Source: an uncultured Actinomycetota bacterium
GTDB taxonomy: Bacteria > Actinomycetota > Actinomycetes > JAFAQI01
Assembly: GCA_963814845.1 (NCBI GenBank)
Contig: CAWFEP010000007.1
Span: 64,225 to 128,224 of the forward strand
Direction of reading: 5' to 3'
Length of the DNA: 64,000 nt
In this document: positions 21,349 to 31,008 of the stretch, one piece after another
How the letters are laid out: every line of letters starts with the position of its first letter
How positions within the stretch are numbered: position 1 is the first letter of the stretch
Notes under the pieces: model-generated
What the model saw: only the letters and a program-made list of their open reading frames with translations
What the model was told of the DNA's origin: nothing
The model's database searches: none
Program-made: the position numbers and the translations under genes

Positions 21349-22986
21349 TCAGCCGGCGAGCAAGGCCGGCAGGTGCCGGGGCGGTGGGTTGCCGTGGGCG
21401 AGGATGTCATCCAGCGTGCGGGTGGGGCTGAGACCCTCGATGATCGGGCTTAACTCAGTGGCGCCCACGAAGTAGGTCGAGAGCTGGCCGCTTCGCAGCA
21501 GCGCGCGCTTCCACTTTCCGACCGCCTCCCCTTCTTCCTGGAACCCGCGGCGCAACATCAGGTCGAGACCTTCGGCCTCGGACATCCCACCGGCATGCAC
21601 ACCGGCGTCGAGAATCGCGTTGATGCTGGTGCGCAGTCGCATCTTCAGTTGCTGCAACCGCACCGGCAAGCCACCGAACCCGGACTCAGCCATGAGCTGC
21701 TCGGTGTACACCGCCCAGCCTTCGATGAACGACCCGCTGGAGAACAGCTGACGCACACGGGTGCTGCCGCGAAAGTGCCGGGCGTGGGCTATTTGCAGCA
21801 TGTGTCCGGGCATCGCTTCGTGGACGATCAAGTTGCGCAGCATCGCAGAGTTGTACTCGCGATAGAACGACGTGACACGTTCCGCCGGCCAGTCCGCGGG
21901 AGTCGGGGACAGCGCGACGTAGGCGAGACCGCCTTCCTCAAAGGCTCCCGGCGAATCGCAGTACGCAACCGCAACGCCCCGTCGGAACTCCGGCATGACC
22001 TCAACCTGCATCGGGTCATCAGGCACCGTGAGGATGCCAAGGCGACGAACCGCATCGGTCGCCTCACCCATCGCCTGCTCGCACACCTCGACGACCGTCG
22101 AGTTTGAGGGCGCGTCACGTGCGACGAGGTCGAGCGCGGCCCGGATCACCGCGTCGCGATCACCGTCGACCCGCTCACCGGCCTCAATCAGGAACTGCTG
22201 CGCAGTGTCGTACAACATCGCAGTGTGCTCATCAAGATCGAGCTGGGCACGCTCGAGGACCTCTCGCGATGACAGCGGTGAGTCCAAGGTGAGCGGCAGC
22301 CGCTGGCCGAACAGATCAGCACCCAACCTCGGATCGCCGTCCGCCGTGGCCGCGAGATCACGCAACCACGCCTCGTGCTCATCGAGCACGGCAAGTGCGG
22401 CCGCGCGGGGCGACGCCACGACTGCGGTCAGCGACTCGTCGCCGTCGAGCGCACGGTCGAGCTCATCGGTGAGCACGCGACGCAGCCCCGGCGAACGCGC
22501 CAGCGCGGTCTCCGCGTGGATGCGGGGCGCCCTGGTCACGGTCCGTCGCGTCGTTGCGAGAAAGTCTGGAAGTGCCGCGAGGCGTCCGGCGATGTTGTGT
22601 GCCCGCGCCTCGAGCGGAGTGGTGTCCCGTGACATCAGCAGGTAGAGCGGGTCGCCAACGTTGTGGGCCAGCAGGTCCCACTCGTGGTCACGCGAAACCT
22701 CGGCATCGAACAACATCGAGTCGAGTGCGTTGTGCAAGATCGCGGCGTCGACCCTGCCTTGCGCATCGAGCTGTTCGGTGTCGACCTGGTCGAGCGCCTG
22801 TCGATGCCCACGCAACACACGTGCGAGCTCAGCGACGCCCGCGACAGACAGGTCGGGGAGCTTGTCGTCGAAGCGGTGATCGCCTTCCCACGTCGCGAGA
22901 TCGGGCCGGAGCCGCAACACATCGTCCACGGCGGCCTCGGCGACAGTGACAAAGTCCGGATCGGCTGTCATGCGCTTATCTTGCAC
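21349..22986 (-). CDS. DUF885 family protein (putative metallopeptidase-like)
   Basis: 545 aa with HEAMPGHMLQ (HExxGH) and surrounding blocks remembered from DUF885. Confidence 0.75.
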   Translation of the reverse strand: MQDKRMTADPDFVTVAEAAVDDVLRLRPDLATWEGDHRFDDKLPDLSVAGVAELARVLRGHRQALDQVDTEQLDAQGRVDAAILHNALDSMLFDAEVSRDHEWDLLAHNVGDPLYLLMSRDTTPLEARAHNIAGRLAALPDFLATTRRTVTRAPRIHAETALARSPGLRRVLTDELDRALDGDESLTAVVASPRAAALAVLDEHEAWLRDLAATADGDPRLGADLFGQRLPLTLDSPLSSREVLERAQLDLDEHTAMLYDTAQQFLIEAGERVDGDRDAVIRAALDLVARDAPSNSTVVEVCEQAMGEATDAVRRLGILTVPDDPMQVEVMPEFRRGVAVAYCDSPGAFEEGGLAYVALSPTPADWPAERVTSFYREYNSAMLRNLIVHEAMPGHMLQIAHARHFRGSTRVRQLFSSGSFIEGWAVYTEQLMAESGFGGLPVRLQQLKMRLRTSINAILDAGVHAGGMSEAEGLDLMLRRGFQEEGEAVGKWKRALLRSGQLSTYFVGATELSPIIEGLSPTRTLDDILAHGNPPPRHLPALLAG

Positions 22987-22997
22987 CGCTCGACGTG

Positions 22998-24380
22998 TCA
23001 GGGCCCGAGCAGGGACTTCTGCACCTTGCCCATGGCGTTGCGGGGCAGCGCCTCGACGACGCGCACTTCGCGCGGTCGCTTGTGCGCTGAGAGCTGGTCG
23101 GCAACATGGGCAATCAACGTTGGTCCATCGATGTCAGTGCCGACGACGTACGCGACGATTCGCTGCCCCAAGTCGATGTCTGGCACGCCGATCACCGCGA
23201 CCTCAGCCACACTTGGGTGGCCCAGCATCGCGGCCTCGATCTCGCCGGCGCCGATGCGGTATCCGCCGCTCTTAATCAGATCGTCCTTTGCCCGGCCAAC
23301 AATGCGGTGATAGCCGAGGCCATCCGCGATCGCGGCATCGCCAGTTCGGAACCAGCCGTCGGCCGTGAACCCTGACGAGTCGCGACCGCCATGCAGATAT
23401 CCGTCGAAGACGGTTGCGCCGCGAACCTGCAGGCTGCCGATGGACTCGCCGTCCGACGGGGTGAGCACGTCGTTGTCATCGACGACTCGTACCTCCACCC
23501 CAGCGATCGGGCCGCCAACCCAGCCCGGCCGCCGGACACCGTCCGCGCGCACGGCAAGGGTGATCAGGGTTTCAGTCATGCCATAACGCTCCACCGGGCC
23601 TTGACCGACCAAGGAATCAAGATCTGCGAACACCGGTCCAGGGAGGCCGGCGCTGCCGGACACCAACAACCGGGCGGACCGAAGCGCCCGCGCAGAGGTC
23701 GGGTCGGCGGCGATCCTTCCCCAGACGGTCGGTACGCCGAAATACAACGAGCCACTGGCCGCCGCGTACGCCTCGGGTGTGGGCCGGCCGGTATGCACCA
23801 GCGGACTGCCAACTCGCAGCGCGCCGAGCACCCCGAGGATCAGCCCGTGAACGTGAAAAAGCGGCAGGCCGTGAACGAGAACGTCTTCCTCGCACCACGC
23901 CCAGGCATCACGTAACCCATCCAGCCCGGCCACGATTGCCGCCCGGCTCAACGGCACCCCTTTGGGCGCTCCCGTCGTGCCTGAGGTGTACATGATCAGC
24001 GCAGTCCCATCGCGCGGCTCGACCCACGATGACGAGGACTGACCCCCGGCCGGAACCACTTCGAGCGCAACATCCGATCGTGGCGGGCCAAGCCAGAGCT
24101 GTGCGCCCGAGTCGGCCAGGATGTGACCGCGCTCGACCGGACCGGAGTCCGGCGGCACCGGCACCGCAGCAACACCGGCAAGCAAGCAACCGACCACGCT
24201 GACGACGGTCTCCAAGGAGGCATCCGCGTGGATCGCCACGACCGTCGCGCCATGCACTCGGTCAGCAACCGCAGCGGCGGCAGCGAGCAACTCCGCCCGC
24301 GACAACGAACGCCCGTCGACGGTGACTGCGGGGCCAGGCCGATCGTCATGCTCATCGCGACTCAGGAGCGACACCGACAC
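22998..24380 (-). CDS. acyl-CoA synthetase / AMP-dependent ligase
   Basis: The AMP-binding motif IMYTSGTTGAPKG is present, along with GYHRIVGRAKDLIKSGG and PRNAMGKV at the C-terminus. Start set at GTG 24380 so it does not overlap the upstream gene end (24421). Confidence 0.85.
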   Translation of the reverse strand: MSVSLLSRDEHDDRPGPAVTVDGRSLSRAELLAAAAAVADRVHGATVVAIHADASLETVVSVVGCLLAGVAAVPVPPDSGPVERGHILADSGAQLWLGPPRSDVALEVVPAGGQSSSSWVEPRDGTALIMYTSGTTGAPKGVPLSRAAIVAGLDGLRDAWAWCEEDVLVHGLPLFHVHGLILGVLGALRVGSPLVHTGRPTPEAYAAASGSLYFGVPTVWGRIAADPTSARALRSARLLVSGSAGLPGPVFADLDSLVGQGPVERYGMTETLITLAVRADGVRRPGWVGGPIAGVEVRVVDDNDVLTPSDGESIGSLQVRGATVFDGYLHGGRDSSGFTADGWFRTGDAAIADGLGYHRIVGRAKDDLIKSGGYRIGAGEIEAAMLGHPSVAEVAVIGVPDIDLGQRIVAYVVGTDIDGPTLIAHVADQLSAHKRPREVRVVEALPRNAMGKVQKSLLGP

Positions 24381-24420
24381 AAGGTAACGCTCGGGCTGAG
24401 AAATCCTGGGTCGAGCGCGT

Positions 24421-25395
24421 TTATCCAAGCGGCTCGGCAGTAAATGCCTCGTCGAACCAGCGATTCCCTTCCACCGTGTGATAGCCACCGACGATTTCGC
24501 CGGAGTCGTTGATGCCGGTCACGAACGTGTCGAAGCCCCACGACTTCGGCACGTTGACGGTCCTGAAGTGCCCACCGATATTGACAAAACCTCGATACGT
24601 CGGGCGGAAGGCCGGCCCCTGCCCGAACGTCACGCCGCCGCCGAAGCTCCCATCGTTGGCGAGGAAGCTGATCTCCGTACCCTCGCTCTTTTTCTTGCCA
24701 GCGCCAGGCGCGTTGATGACCCGAGTCTTGCCGCCCTCGACGAGGAAGCCGTGACTCACACCTCTCCCGTCGATGAAGTAGCCCGCAAATTCACCAGAGT
24801 TGGTGACGTCTTCTATCACGACATGCCTGGCCGACTTCAGCTTTAACGAATAGGTACGGAACTTGCCACGAATGTCGACGAACGCCCGGTAGTTCTTCGC
24901 ATTCGAGCCGGAAAAGTAATACCCGACGATCTCACCGGAGTCGTTGATCGACTCGGCGACGGTGCCGAGCTTGCCGGCCTTCGGATCCGCGATCTTGGTG
25001 AACTTCCCGTCGAGCGCGCGAACATAAGACGTGAACCTGCCCTTGTAGTCGTGTTGCGTGTACAACACGATCAGGCCGTTGTTCGAGACTCCGGCTGCCT
25101 CGGTGTCCGTGCCGCGCTTCCCTGGCACTCTGAACACCTTCGTGTGGCCGTCGAGCTCGACGAATCCGCGCGACGCTCCGCACCACATCGTGCCGAGAAT
25201 CTTGCCGCGATTGTTGACGCTGTTCACGTACGCGTTGAAGCAGGGCGGGCTCTTCTTCGACGGGAGCGGAACCACTTGGGTGAAGGCATAATGCGTCGCG
25301 TGCGAAACGCCCGCCGCCGCCGTCGTGACCATCGGGAGCAGGAGGCAGGCAGCCGCAATCGCCATTCCCATTGACCGGGCAACAGTCGTTCTCAT
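24421..25395 (-). CDS. secreted repeat protein (HAF-repeat-like, beta-propeller-like)
   Basis: The signal peptide reads MRTTVARSMGMAIAAACLLLPMVTTAAAG. The (I/V)N(D/N)(S/R)G(E/K)I(V/L)G unit recurs about 6 times: VNNRGKILG, VSNNGLIVL, INDSGEIVGYY, VTNSGEFAGYF, LANDGSFGGG, INDSGEIVGGY. Most units are followed by an (A/G)F hydrophobic step. G+C looks lower than the flanks (31/60 in 24841-24900). Confidence 0.7.
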   Translation of the reverse strand: MRTTVARSMGMAIAAACLLLPMVTTAAAGVSHATHYAFTQVVPLPSKKSPPCFNAYVNSVNNRGKILGTMWCGASRGFVELDGHTKVFRVPGKRGTDTEAAGVSNNGLIVLYTQHDYKGRFTSYVRALDGKFTKIADPKAGKLGTVAESINDSGEIVGYYFSGSNAKNYRAFVDIRGKFRTYSLKLKSARHVVIEDVTNSGEFAGYFIDGRGVSHGFLVEGGKTRVINAPGAGKKKSEGTEISFLANDGSFGGGVTFGQGPAFRPTYRGFVNIGGHFRTVNVPKSWGFDTFVTGINDSGEIVGGYHTVEGNRWFDEAFTAEPLG

Positions 25396-25495
25396 GGGAC
25401 GCCCTTCGCCTCGAACAGACCGCGCTTCGGTCGCTCCGGCAGTCTCATCCCGGCGCGAGCTCAGCGGCAGGGGTCGAAATACCCCTTGATCAGCG

Positions 25496-28300
25496 TCAGC
25501 TCTTCGCGGGTAGGAGTCCGAGCTCGATTGTGAGCCGAGTGAGCTCAGCCCGTCGTCGGCACCCGGTCTTGTCCCGGATGCGATCCAGGTGAGAGCCGAC
25601 CGTACGAGGGCTGATCGACAGCGCCACCGCGATCTGAGCGTCGGTCAAACCTCGCGCGACCAAACGAAGCAGATCCTGCTCCCGCGGCGAGAGTGGGGCG
25701 CGGTCGTGTCCATTCGGTTCGCGAAGGCTGCCCTCGAGCCGGCGAAGCTCGGTCACCATGCCGGCGGCGCCGAGATCGGCAAGCAGCGTCATGGCTTCGG
25801 CAAACAACTCGCTGCCGTACTCAAGGTGGGTGCCGACCGCGATCGCCTGCATGGCCAGGCAACGAGCATGAGAAACGCGATACGAGGCGCTGACGAAGCG
25901 ACTAGCCGCGCGAGCCAGGGTGCGCTCGGCGTCTCCTCGGCTCCCACTCATCAGTTGCGCCTGACCGGCGAGGAGCTCTGCCCACGCGGTTCCACGGATG
26001 CCCGGCGCCGCCTCGACCGCCGCCGACAGTCGGCTGAGCTCCGCAGTCTGACCGCCGGCAACGAATGCCTCCGCCGCCCGCAGCGCGAGGACAAGGTGCA
26101 GACCGAGGTCGTCAGCCGCGGCTAGAGCTTCGGCGGCGAGGCCGGCGGCAGCGGCAGTGTCACCGACGACCAGCATGAACCGGATGCAGGCATTGACGCG
26201 GAACCCGAGGTCCTGAGCACTTAGGCCGGCGAAGCTGCCGCCCATCACCGTACGAGCTTCGTCAGGCTGGCCGCAGTCGGCGAGAAGGGCGACGAAACTG
26301 CTGTCGATCCATCGAAGAATGGCGGCTGCGCCGCTTCGCTCAAGTCGCTGCCGCAGCGTCCTCGCCAGGCGCAGCGAGCGGTCGAGCTCGCCGAGTTCGA
26401 TCAGCGCACCGAGCAGCGCCACATCACGAAACGTCGGCCAGGCACCGGCATCCAGCGGGTGGGTGTGCTGAGCCAGTCGCGACTCAACCTCTCGTGCCCG
26501 AAGCCCAATGACGCGAACGGCGCAGGCGTTCTGGAGTGCGCGTTCAGCCAGGAGGTCGGCTCCCTGCTCTACCCCGTCGCGATAGCTGCGGTCGAGGAGG
26601 TCGATCCCCTGATCGAAATGCCCGGCCTTGGCCTCGATCATGCCGAGGAATTGATGCGCCCACGCGACAACCGAGCGCACACCGAGACGCTCAGCCATCT
26701 CAAGTCCCCGCATCACCTCCGGGCGGGCCGCGTCACAGTCCCCGCCGACGACGAGCGCAGCACCGCACCACACATAACTGAGTGCCAGGGCGGCCGAGTC
26801 ACCAAACGGTTCGAGTTGGTCACGGGCGCGCTCGTACTCGCGTCGGGACAACGTCGGGCCGTCGGTCTCAAACAGATAGAGGCCCAGCATGAGACGCTCC
26901 TGCCCGGCAAGCTCGATGAGCCCCTCGGCCTCGAGCAGACCGATGCCGCGGGCGGCGGCGGCAACGGCTTCCTGGGAATCGCCGAGCTGACGCAACGCCA
27001 GCGCAAGCTGGCATAACGCCCGACCTTTGGCCGAACCCTGCACGACGTCAACCAGGCCAAGCAGAAGATCACGCGCCTCACCGTACGAGCAGGCCCGCAA
27101 TGCGGCGGTGGCTGCTTGCAGCTGGAACGGAGCGGCGCGATCAAGGTGGCCAGCAGCGACAAGATGTCGCGCCCGGTCGACCGCCGCATCGGGAGTCTGG
27201 CTCGCCAGTGCACGAGCGATCTCATCATGGAGTTCGCGTCGCCTCACCACGCTGATCCGCGACTCGATCGCCGAGCGCACCAGCGCGTGCCGAAACACCA
27301 GCGTTCGCCCATCAGTGTCAGCCCCCAGCAAGCCGCTTGCTTCCACCCTCTCGAGACACGCGTCGTCGCGAGGAGCAAGACCGGCGGCAGTTCGTAACAC
27401 CTGCGGATCCACTCGCTCCCCGATCAAGGCAGCGAGCTCAAGGACACGCCAGGTGGGAGCGTCGATATCTGCGTGCTGGCCCAGGAACCACGCAGCGAGC
27501 TCCGGTGGGCATTCGTCGACGGGCAGTGCCTCTCCGACCCAGCCATCAATCCTGCGCACGAGCAGACCGTCGGAGCAGGCGCGAGATATCAGTGCCTCGA
27601 GCACGAACGGATTTCCCCCGCTCCACGTCATCAGATCGCTGGCAAGTCGCGGGGAAACTTCGCCGCCGAGCTGCCGCGTGGCGAGCGCCGCGACGCTGGC
27701 CGTGTCGAGCGCTCGAAGATCGACACGTTGACGAACACCGCTGGACAACGGTGTTGCCACTTCCCCGCCGGGTACGCGCGACGTGACGATGATCGGCAAC
27801 GTCAAGCGCTCGGCCTCCTGCGCGAGGTGGCCGATCAACCGGCGGGTCGCGCGGTCGGCCCAGTGCAGGTTCTCGACCACCAGAAGGCAGTAACCTGCGG
27901 CGCCGAGTGCGAGGACCCGCCGAGCGACCTGCGCGAGATGATGCTCTGCGGCACCGAGCCGTGAGGTCACCTCGTCGAGATCGGACTCAGCGCGAAGCAC
28001 CGAGGCCAACGTTGTCATCGCGGGCACGAGATCGCCCCCCGCATGCGAGCCGATGGCGAGCTCGTCGTCTAGGGCAGCGAGCAGCGGTGCGTACGGCGCT
28101 GAGCCGAATTCATTGCAATGGACAGTGAGCGCCAGGTCGGGCGCGGCAACGTTGCGGACGTGTGAGACGAGGGCGGTCTTTCCGATCCCTGGCTCGCCAA
28201 ACACGAACACGACCCCGCGGCCTGGGTCGGCAAGGAAACGGAAGAGCCCGCCGAGCTCGTTGTCGCGGCCGACCAAATCGCCGGAGGAGACGTCGCCCAT
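25496..28300 (-). CDS. LAL-type (large ATP-binding LuxR family) transcriptional regulator
   Basis: Start at ATG 28300 (AAGGAGG RBS). The N-terminus LVGRDNELGGLFRFL...VVFVFGEPGIGKTALV is a Walker A NTPase. A long helical/TPR-like middle follows. The C-terminal LuxR HTH reads LSPREQDLLRLVARGLTDAQIAVALSISPRTVGSHL. Confidence 0.85.
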   Translation of the reverse strand: MGDVSSGDLVGRDNELGGLFRFLADPGRGVVFVFGEPGIGKTALVSHVRNVAAPDLALTVHCNEFGSAPYAPLLAALDDELAIGSHAGGDLVPAMTTLASVLRAESDLDEVTSRLGAAEHHLAQVARRVLALGAAGYCLLVVENLHWADRATRRLIGHLAQEAERLTLPIIVTSRVPGGEVATPLSSGVRQRVDLRALDTASVAALATRQLGGEVSPRLASDLMTWSGGNPFVLEALISRACSDGLLVRRIDGWVGEALPVDECPPELAAWFLGQHADIDAPTWRVLELAALIGERVDPQVLRTAAGLAPRDDACLERVEASGLLGADTDGRTLVFRHALVRSAIESRISVVRRRELHDEIARALASQTPDAAVDRARHLVAAGHLDRAAPFQLQAATAALRACSYGEARDLLLGLVDVVQGSAKGRALCQLALALRQLGDSQEAVAAAARGIGLLEAEGLIELAGQERLMLGLYLFETDGPTLSRREYERARDQLEPFGDSAALALSYVWCGAALVVGGDCDAARPEVMRGLEMAERLGVRSVVAWAHQFLGMIEAKAGHFDQGIDLLDRSYRDGVEQGADLLAERALQNACAVRVIGLRAREVESRLAQHTHPLDAGAWPTFRDVALLGALIELGELDRSLRLARTLRQRLERSGAAAILRWIDSSFVALLADCGQPDEARTVMGGSFAGLSAQDLGFRVNACIRFMLVVGDTAAAAGLAAEALAAADDLGLHLVLALRAAEAFVAGGQTAELSRLSAAVEAAPGIRGTAWAELLAGQAQLMSGSRGDAERTLARAASRFVSASYRVSHARCLAMQAIAVGTHLEYGSELFAEAMTLLADLGAAGMVTELRRLEGSLREPNGHDRAPLSPREQDLLRLVARGLTDAQIAVALSISPRTVGSHLDRIRDKTGCRRRAELTRLTIELGLLPAKS

Positions 28301-28373
28301 CGCGCTCACCTCCTTGGCACTAGGTGTTTCTACCCCTGTTGCCGCTCGGTGAACAGCATCATGATTCCTCGGC

Positions 28374-29582
28374 ATGAAGCACGCCCTTGCCGTCCCTCTC
28401 TCGCTCGTGGTCTGCCTCACGTCAGCTTTCATTGGCCAGGCGATGGCCGCTCGAGCTGTCACGCGAGCTGTCCACAACGGCTGGTCGTCGATGACGGTAG
28501 CGACGCCACGCGGCTCGCCCGCCGGGATCGACTTCGCCAACATGTCATGCCCGAGCGCCAAGAACTGCTGGTCCGCCGGTTATGCAACCGGCGCTGGAGG
28601 TGCCACGACGCCGATCATGGAGCACCTGCGAAAGGGCAAATTCGGCTTGGTGCGCACGCCGATTGCGCATGCCGAGCTCGAAGGCCTCAGCTGTCCCACC
28701 AGCCGACGGTGCTGGGTCGTGGGCAGTGTCACGAAAGGCACTCGGACGGTGCCGGTCATCGAACGCTGGAATGGCAGGAAGTGGTCAACAGTTCACGCGA
28801 CCGATCCGCCGGGGAGCGACAACTTCCTCATCGACATCAGCTGCGTCTCCACAGCGGACTGCTTCGCGGTAGGCGGGTATGGGGATGACGCGCCGACCCC
28901 AGCGTTGACGCCTTGGCTCGAGCGCTGGAACGGCAAGAAGTGGACCAGGGCGGCATCACCGCCGGAGGCGCCAGGCCAGAAAAGCGCGTTCTTGAATGCG
29001 ATCACCTGCCTCACCGCGAAACGATGCACGACGGTTGGGGCGTCGATCCCCAACGGGCATTACTTTGACCGCGTCTACAGCGACAGATTGACCGGCAAAA
29101 CGTGGTCGTTGCGACGGATGCCGCAGCCGTTCACCCAGCAGTTCTCGTTCGCCGAGGCATCCGATGTCGCATGTCCCACCGCGGGCACCTGCATCGTCGC
29201 GGGCGACGCCGCCCCCGATGCGAACGGCAAGACGGCGTTGAGCTCTGAGGTCTGGACCTACCACGCCAAAAGATGGCGCCTTACTCCCTTGCCGGGCTCC
29301 GCACAGACCTACGGCCAAGGACTGACAGACGTCTCATGCGTAGCGGCCAACCAGTGTTGGATCGTGGGCATCACCTTGTCCTCGACCCAGCCGCAGGTGG
29401 GCACCGCGATCCGTTGGAACGGGGGCAGCGCGTTCACGATCGGTACGGTCGCTCAACCGAAGACCACCTCCAACGCACTCGATGCAGTCGGCTGCACCCA
29501 TCGCGGACGGTGCTACGCGCTGGGGGTAAACGTCAGCGAGCAGGACTCCACCGCGAGCGCGTTCGCCGACCGACACGGCTGA
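28374..29582 (+). CDS. secreted seven-repeat protein with one C-x5-C pair per repeat (beta-propeller-like), function unknown
   Basis: The signal peptide reads MKHALAVPLSLVVCLTSAFIGQAMA. Seven units of about 45-55 aa each contain SCPSAKNC, SCPTSRRC, SCVSTADC, TCLTAKRC, ACPTAGTC, SCVAANQC or GCTHRGRC. Several units are followed by (E)RWNGxKW. Confidence 0.75.
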   Translation: MKHALAVPLSLVVCLTSAFIGQAMAARAVTRAVHNGWSSMTVATPRGSPAGIDFANMSCPSAKNCWSAGYATGAGGATTPIMEHLRKGKFGLVRTPIAHAELEGLSCPTSRRCWVVGSVTKGTRTVPVIERWNGRKWSTVHATDPPGSDNFLIDISCVSTADCFAVGGYGDDAPTPALTPWLERWNGKKWTRAASPPEAPGQKSAFLNAITCLTAKRCTTVGASIPNGHYFDRVYSDRLTGKTWSLRRMPQPFTQQFSFAEASDVACPTAGTCIVAGDAAPDANGKTALSSEVWTYHAKRWRLTPLPGSAQTYGQGLTDVSCVAANQCWIVGITLSSTQPQVGTAIRWNGGSAFTIGTVAQPKTTSNALDAVGCTHRGRCYALGVNVSEQDSTASAFADRHG

Positions 29583-29604
29583 AAGGAGCATTTCTGCGAC
29601 CGCG

Positions 29605-29892
29605 TTGGGCATGATTGAGGGCATGTCTGTAGCAGACCCTGCGGACCCAGAGGTGGCGGCGGTTCATTTTGATGAGCGTGCGATCGCCGAGGATCTCGCC
29701 AGTTGGTGTGACGGCCGAGTCGTCGTCATCGACGGCGAGAGTTGCGTGCGGCTACCCGCTCCGCCCGGCCGTCATCTCGCGCGTCCCGGCGACTGGATCG
29801 TGCGACTCGGCGACGGGGAGTTCATCGCGATGGGCTCGGAGGAGTTCGCGGCTCGAATGGAGCCCCGCCCGACGGATAACCCGCTGCAATAG
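29605..29892 (+). CDS. hypothetical protein (95 aa)
   Basis: ORF with G/C-rich third codon positions. No family recognised. Start uncertain (alternative MSVADP). Confidence 0.35.
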   Translation: MGMIEGMSVADPADPEVAAVHFDERAIAEDLASWCDGRVVVIDGESCVRLPAPPGRHLARPGDWIVRLGDGEFIAMGSEEFAARMEPRPTDNPLQ

Positions 29893-30053
29893 CGGGGTGC
29901 ACCGCTCTGAGGCCTGATTGTCGGGCATGAGCAGCTAGTGGGCTGGGCACCGTCGGGCGCGCCCCACCCCTGCGGACACGGGCACTGACAACCGCGAGAG
30001 AATTGCCGGGACCGGGCCATGGAGTTGCGCGGCCGGCGAGAGCGGGAGAGGTG

Positions 30054-31001
30054 ATGATCGCGCCATCGGGTGCCACCGCTGCCGTTCCGCTTGCGCTCGG
30101 CGCTGCCGCGTCGTTCGCGGTCGCGAACGTCGTGCAGATGAGGGCGGCCAGACGCGTGACCGCGCCGGCGGGTGTCAACCCTCGGCTGTTGCTTCATCTG
30201 TTCAGTGATCGCGAATGGCTGATCGGGCTGGCTGCGTCGGTCATGGGCTACCTGCTCCAGGCAACCGCTCTGTTCCTCGCACCGGTGCTACTCGTCCAGC
30301 CGTTGATCGTGACCGAGCTCCTCTTCGCACTGCCGCTTGCGGCCGCACTGGCCGGTGCGCGCCTTCATCGTCGGGAATGGGCCGGCGTAGGTCTCGTCGC
30401 GGTGGGGATCACCTCATTTGTTGCCGTCGGCCGTCCGACCGGCGATGCCACTCACTTGCCGAGCTCGACCTGGCTCGCGATCACCGCCAGCGTTGCGGTG
30501 ATCGTCCTCGTCCTCGTCATCATCGCCGAGTCACGACATCACCAGCCGATGCTTCGAGCCAGCACTCTCGCCGCAGCCGCGAGCGTGTGCTTCGGCCTCC
30601 TCTCGGTGCTCACTAAGGTGGTCGGGCATCAGTTCCGCGACGACGGGCCGTCGGCGCTTGCGCATGCCCAGCCGTGGCTGCTCGCTGTCGCCGCACTGAC
30701 TGGCCTGCTGTTGCAGCAAACCGCGTTCCGCATCGCGCCGCTGTCCGTGTCGCTGCCGGTGATTGACATCGGCGAGCCACTCGTCGCGTCTTTGCTCGCA
30801 GCGCTTGCGTTCGGCGAGACGATCGGCATTGGTGTAGGGACAGCGATCGGCGTTGGGGTCTCGGCCGGTGCGGTCGTCGCCGGCATCGCGCTGCTCGACA
30901 CGTCTCCGGTTGTCCGTGCGGCCCAAGCAGACATTCATACCGCGACGGAGAGCCCGGCGAGCTCACCTGTCGGCGCTCGCGTCGGCCATGAGTGCGGGTG
31001 A
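30054..31001 (+). CDS. DMT-superfamily-like membrane transporter
   Basis: About 315 aa with roughly 9-10 TM segments in two similar halves. Start trimmed to ATG 30054 after GGGAGAGG. Confidence 0.6.
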   Translation: MIAPSGATAAVPLALGAAASFAVANVVQMRAARRVTAPAGVNPRLLLHLFSDREWLIGLAASVMGYLLQATALFLAPVLLVQPLIVTELLFALPLAAALAGARLHRREWAGVGLVAVGITSFVAVGRPTGDATHLPSSTWLAITASVAVIVLVLVIIAESRHHQPMLRASTLAAAASVCFGLLSVLTKVVGHQFRDDGPSALAHAQPWLLAVAALTGLLLQQTAFRIAPLSVSLPVIDIGEPLVASLLAALAFGETIGIGVGTAIGVGVSAGAVVAGIALLDTSPVVRAAQADIHTATESPASSPVGARVGHECG

Positions 31002-31008
31002 GCGTCGC

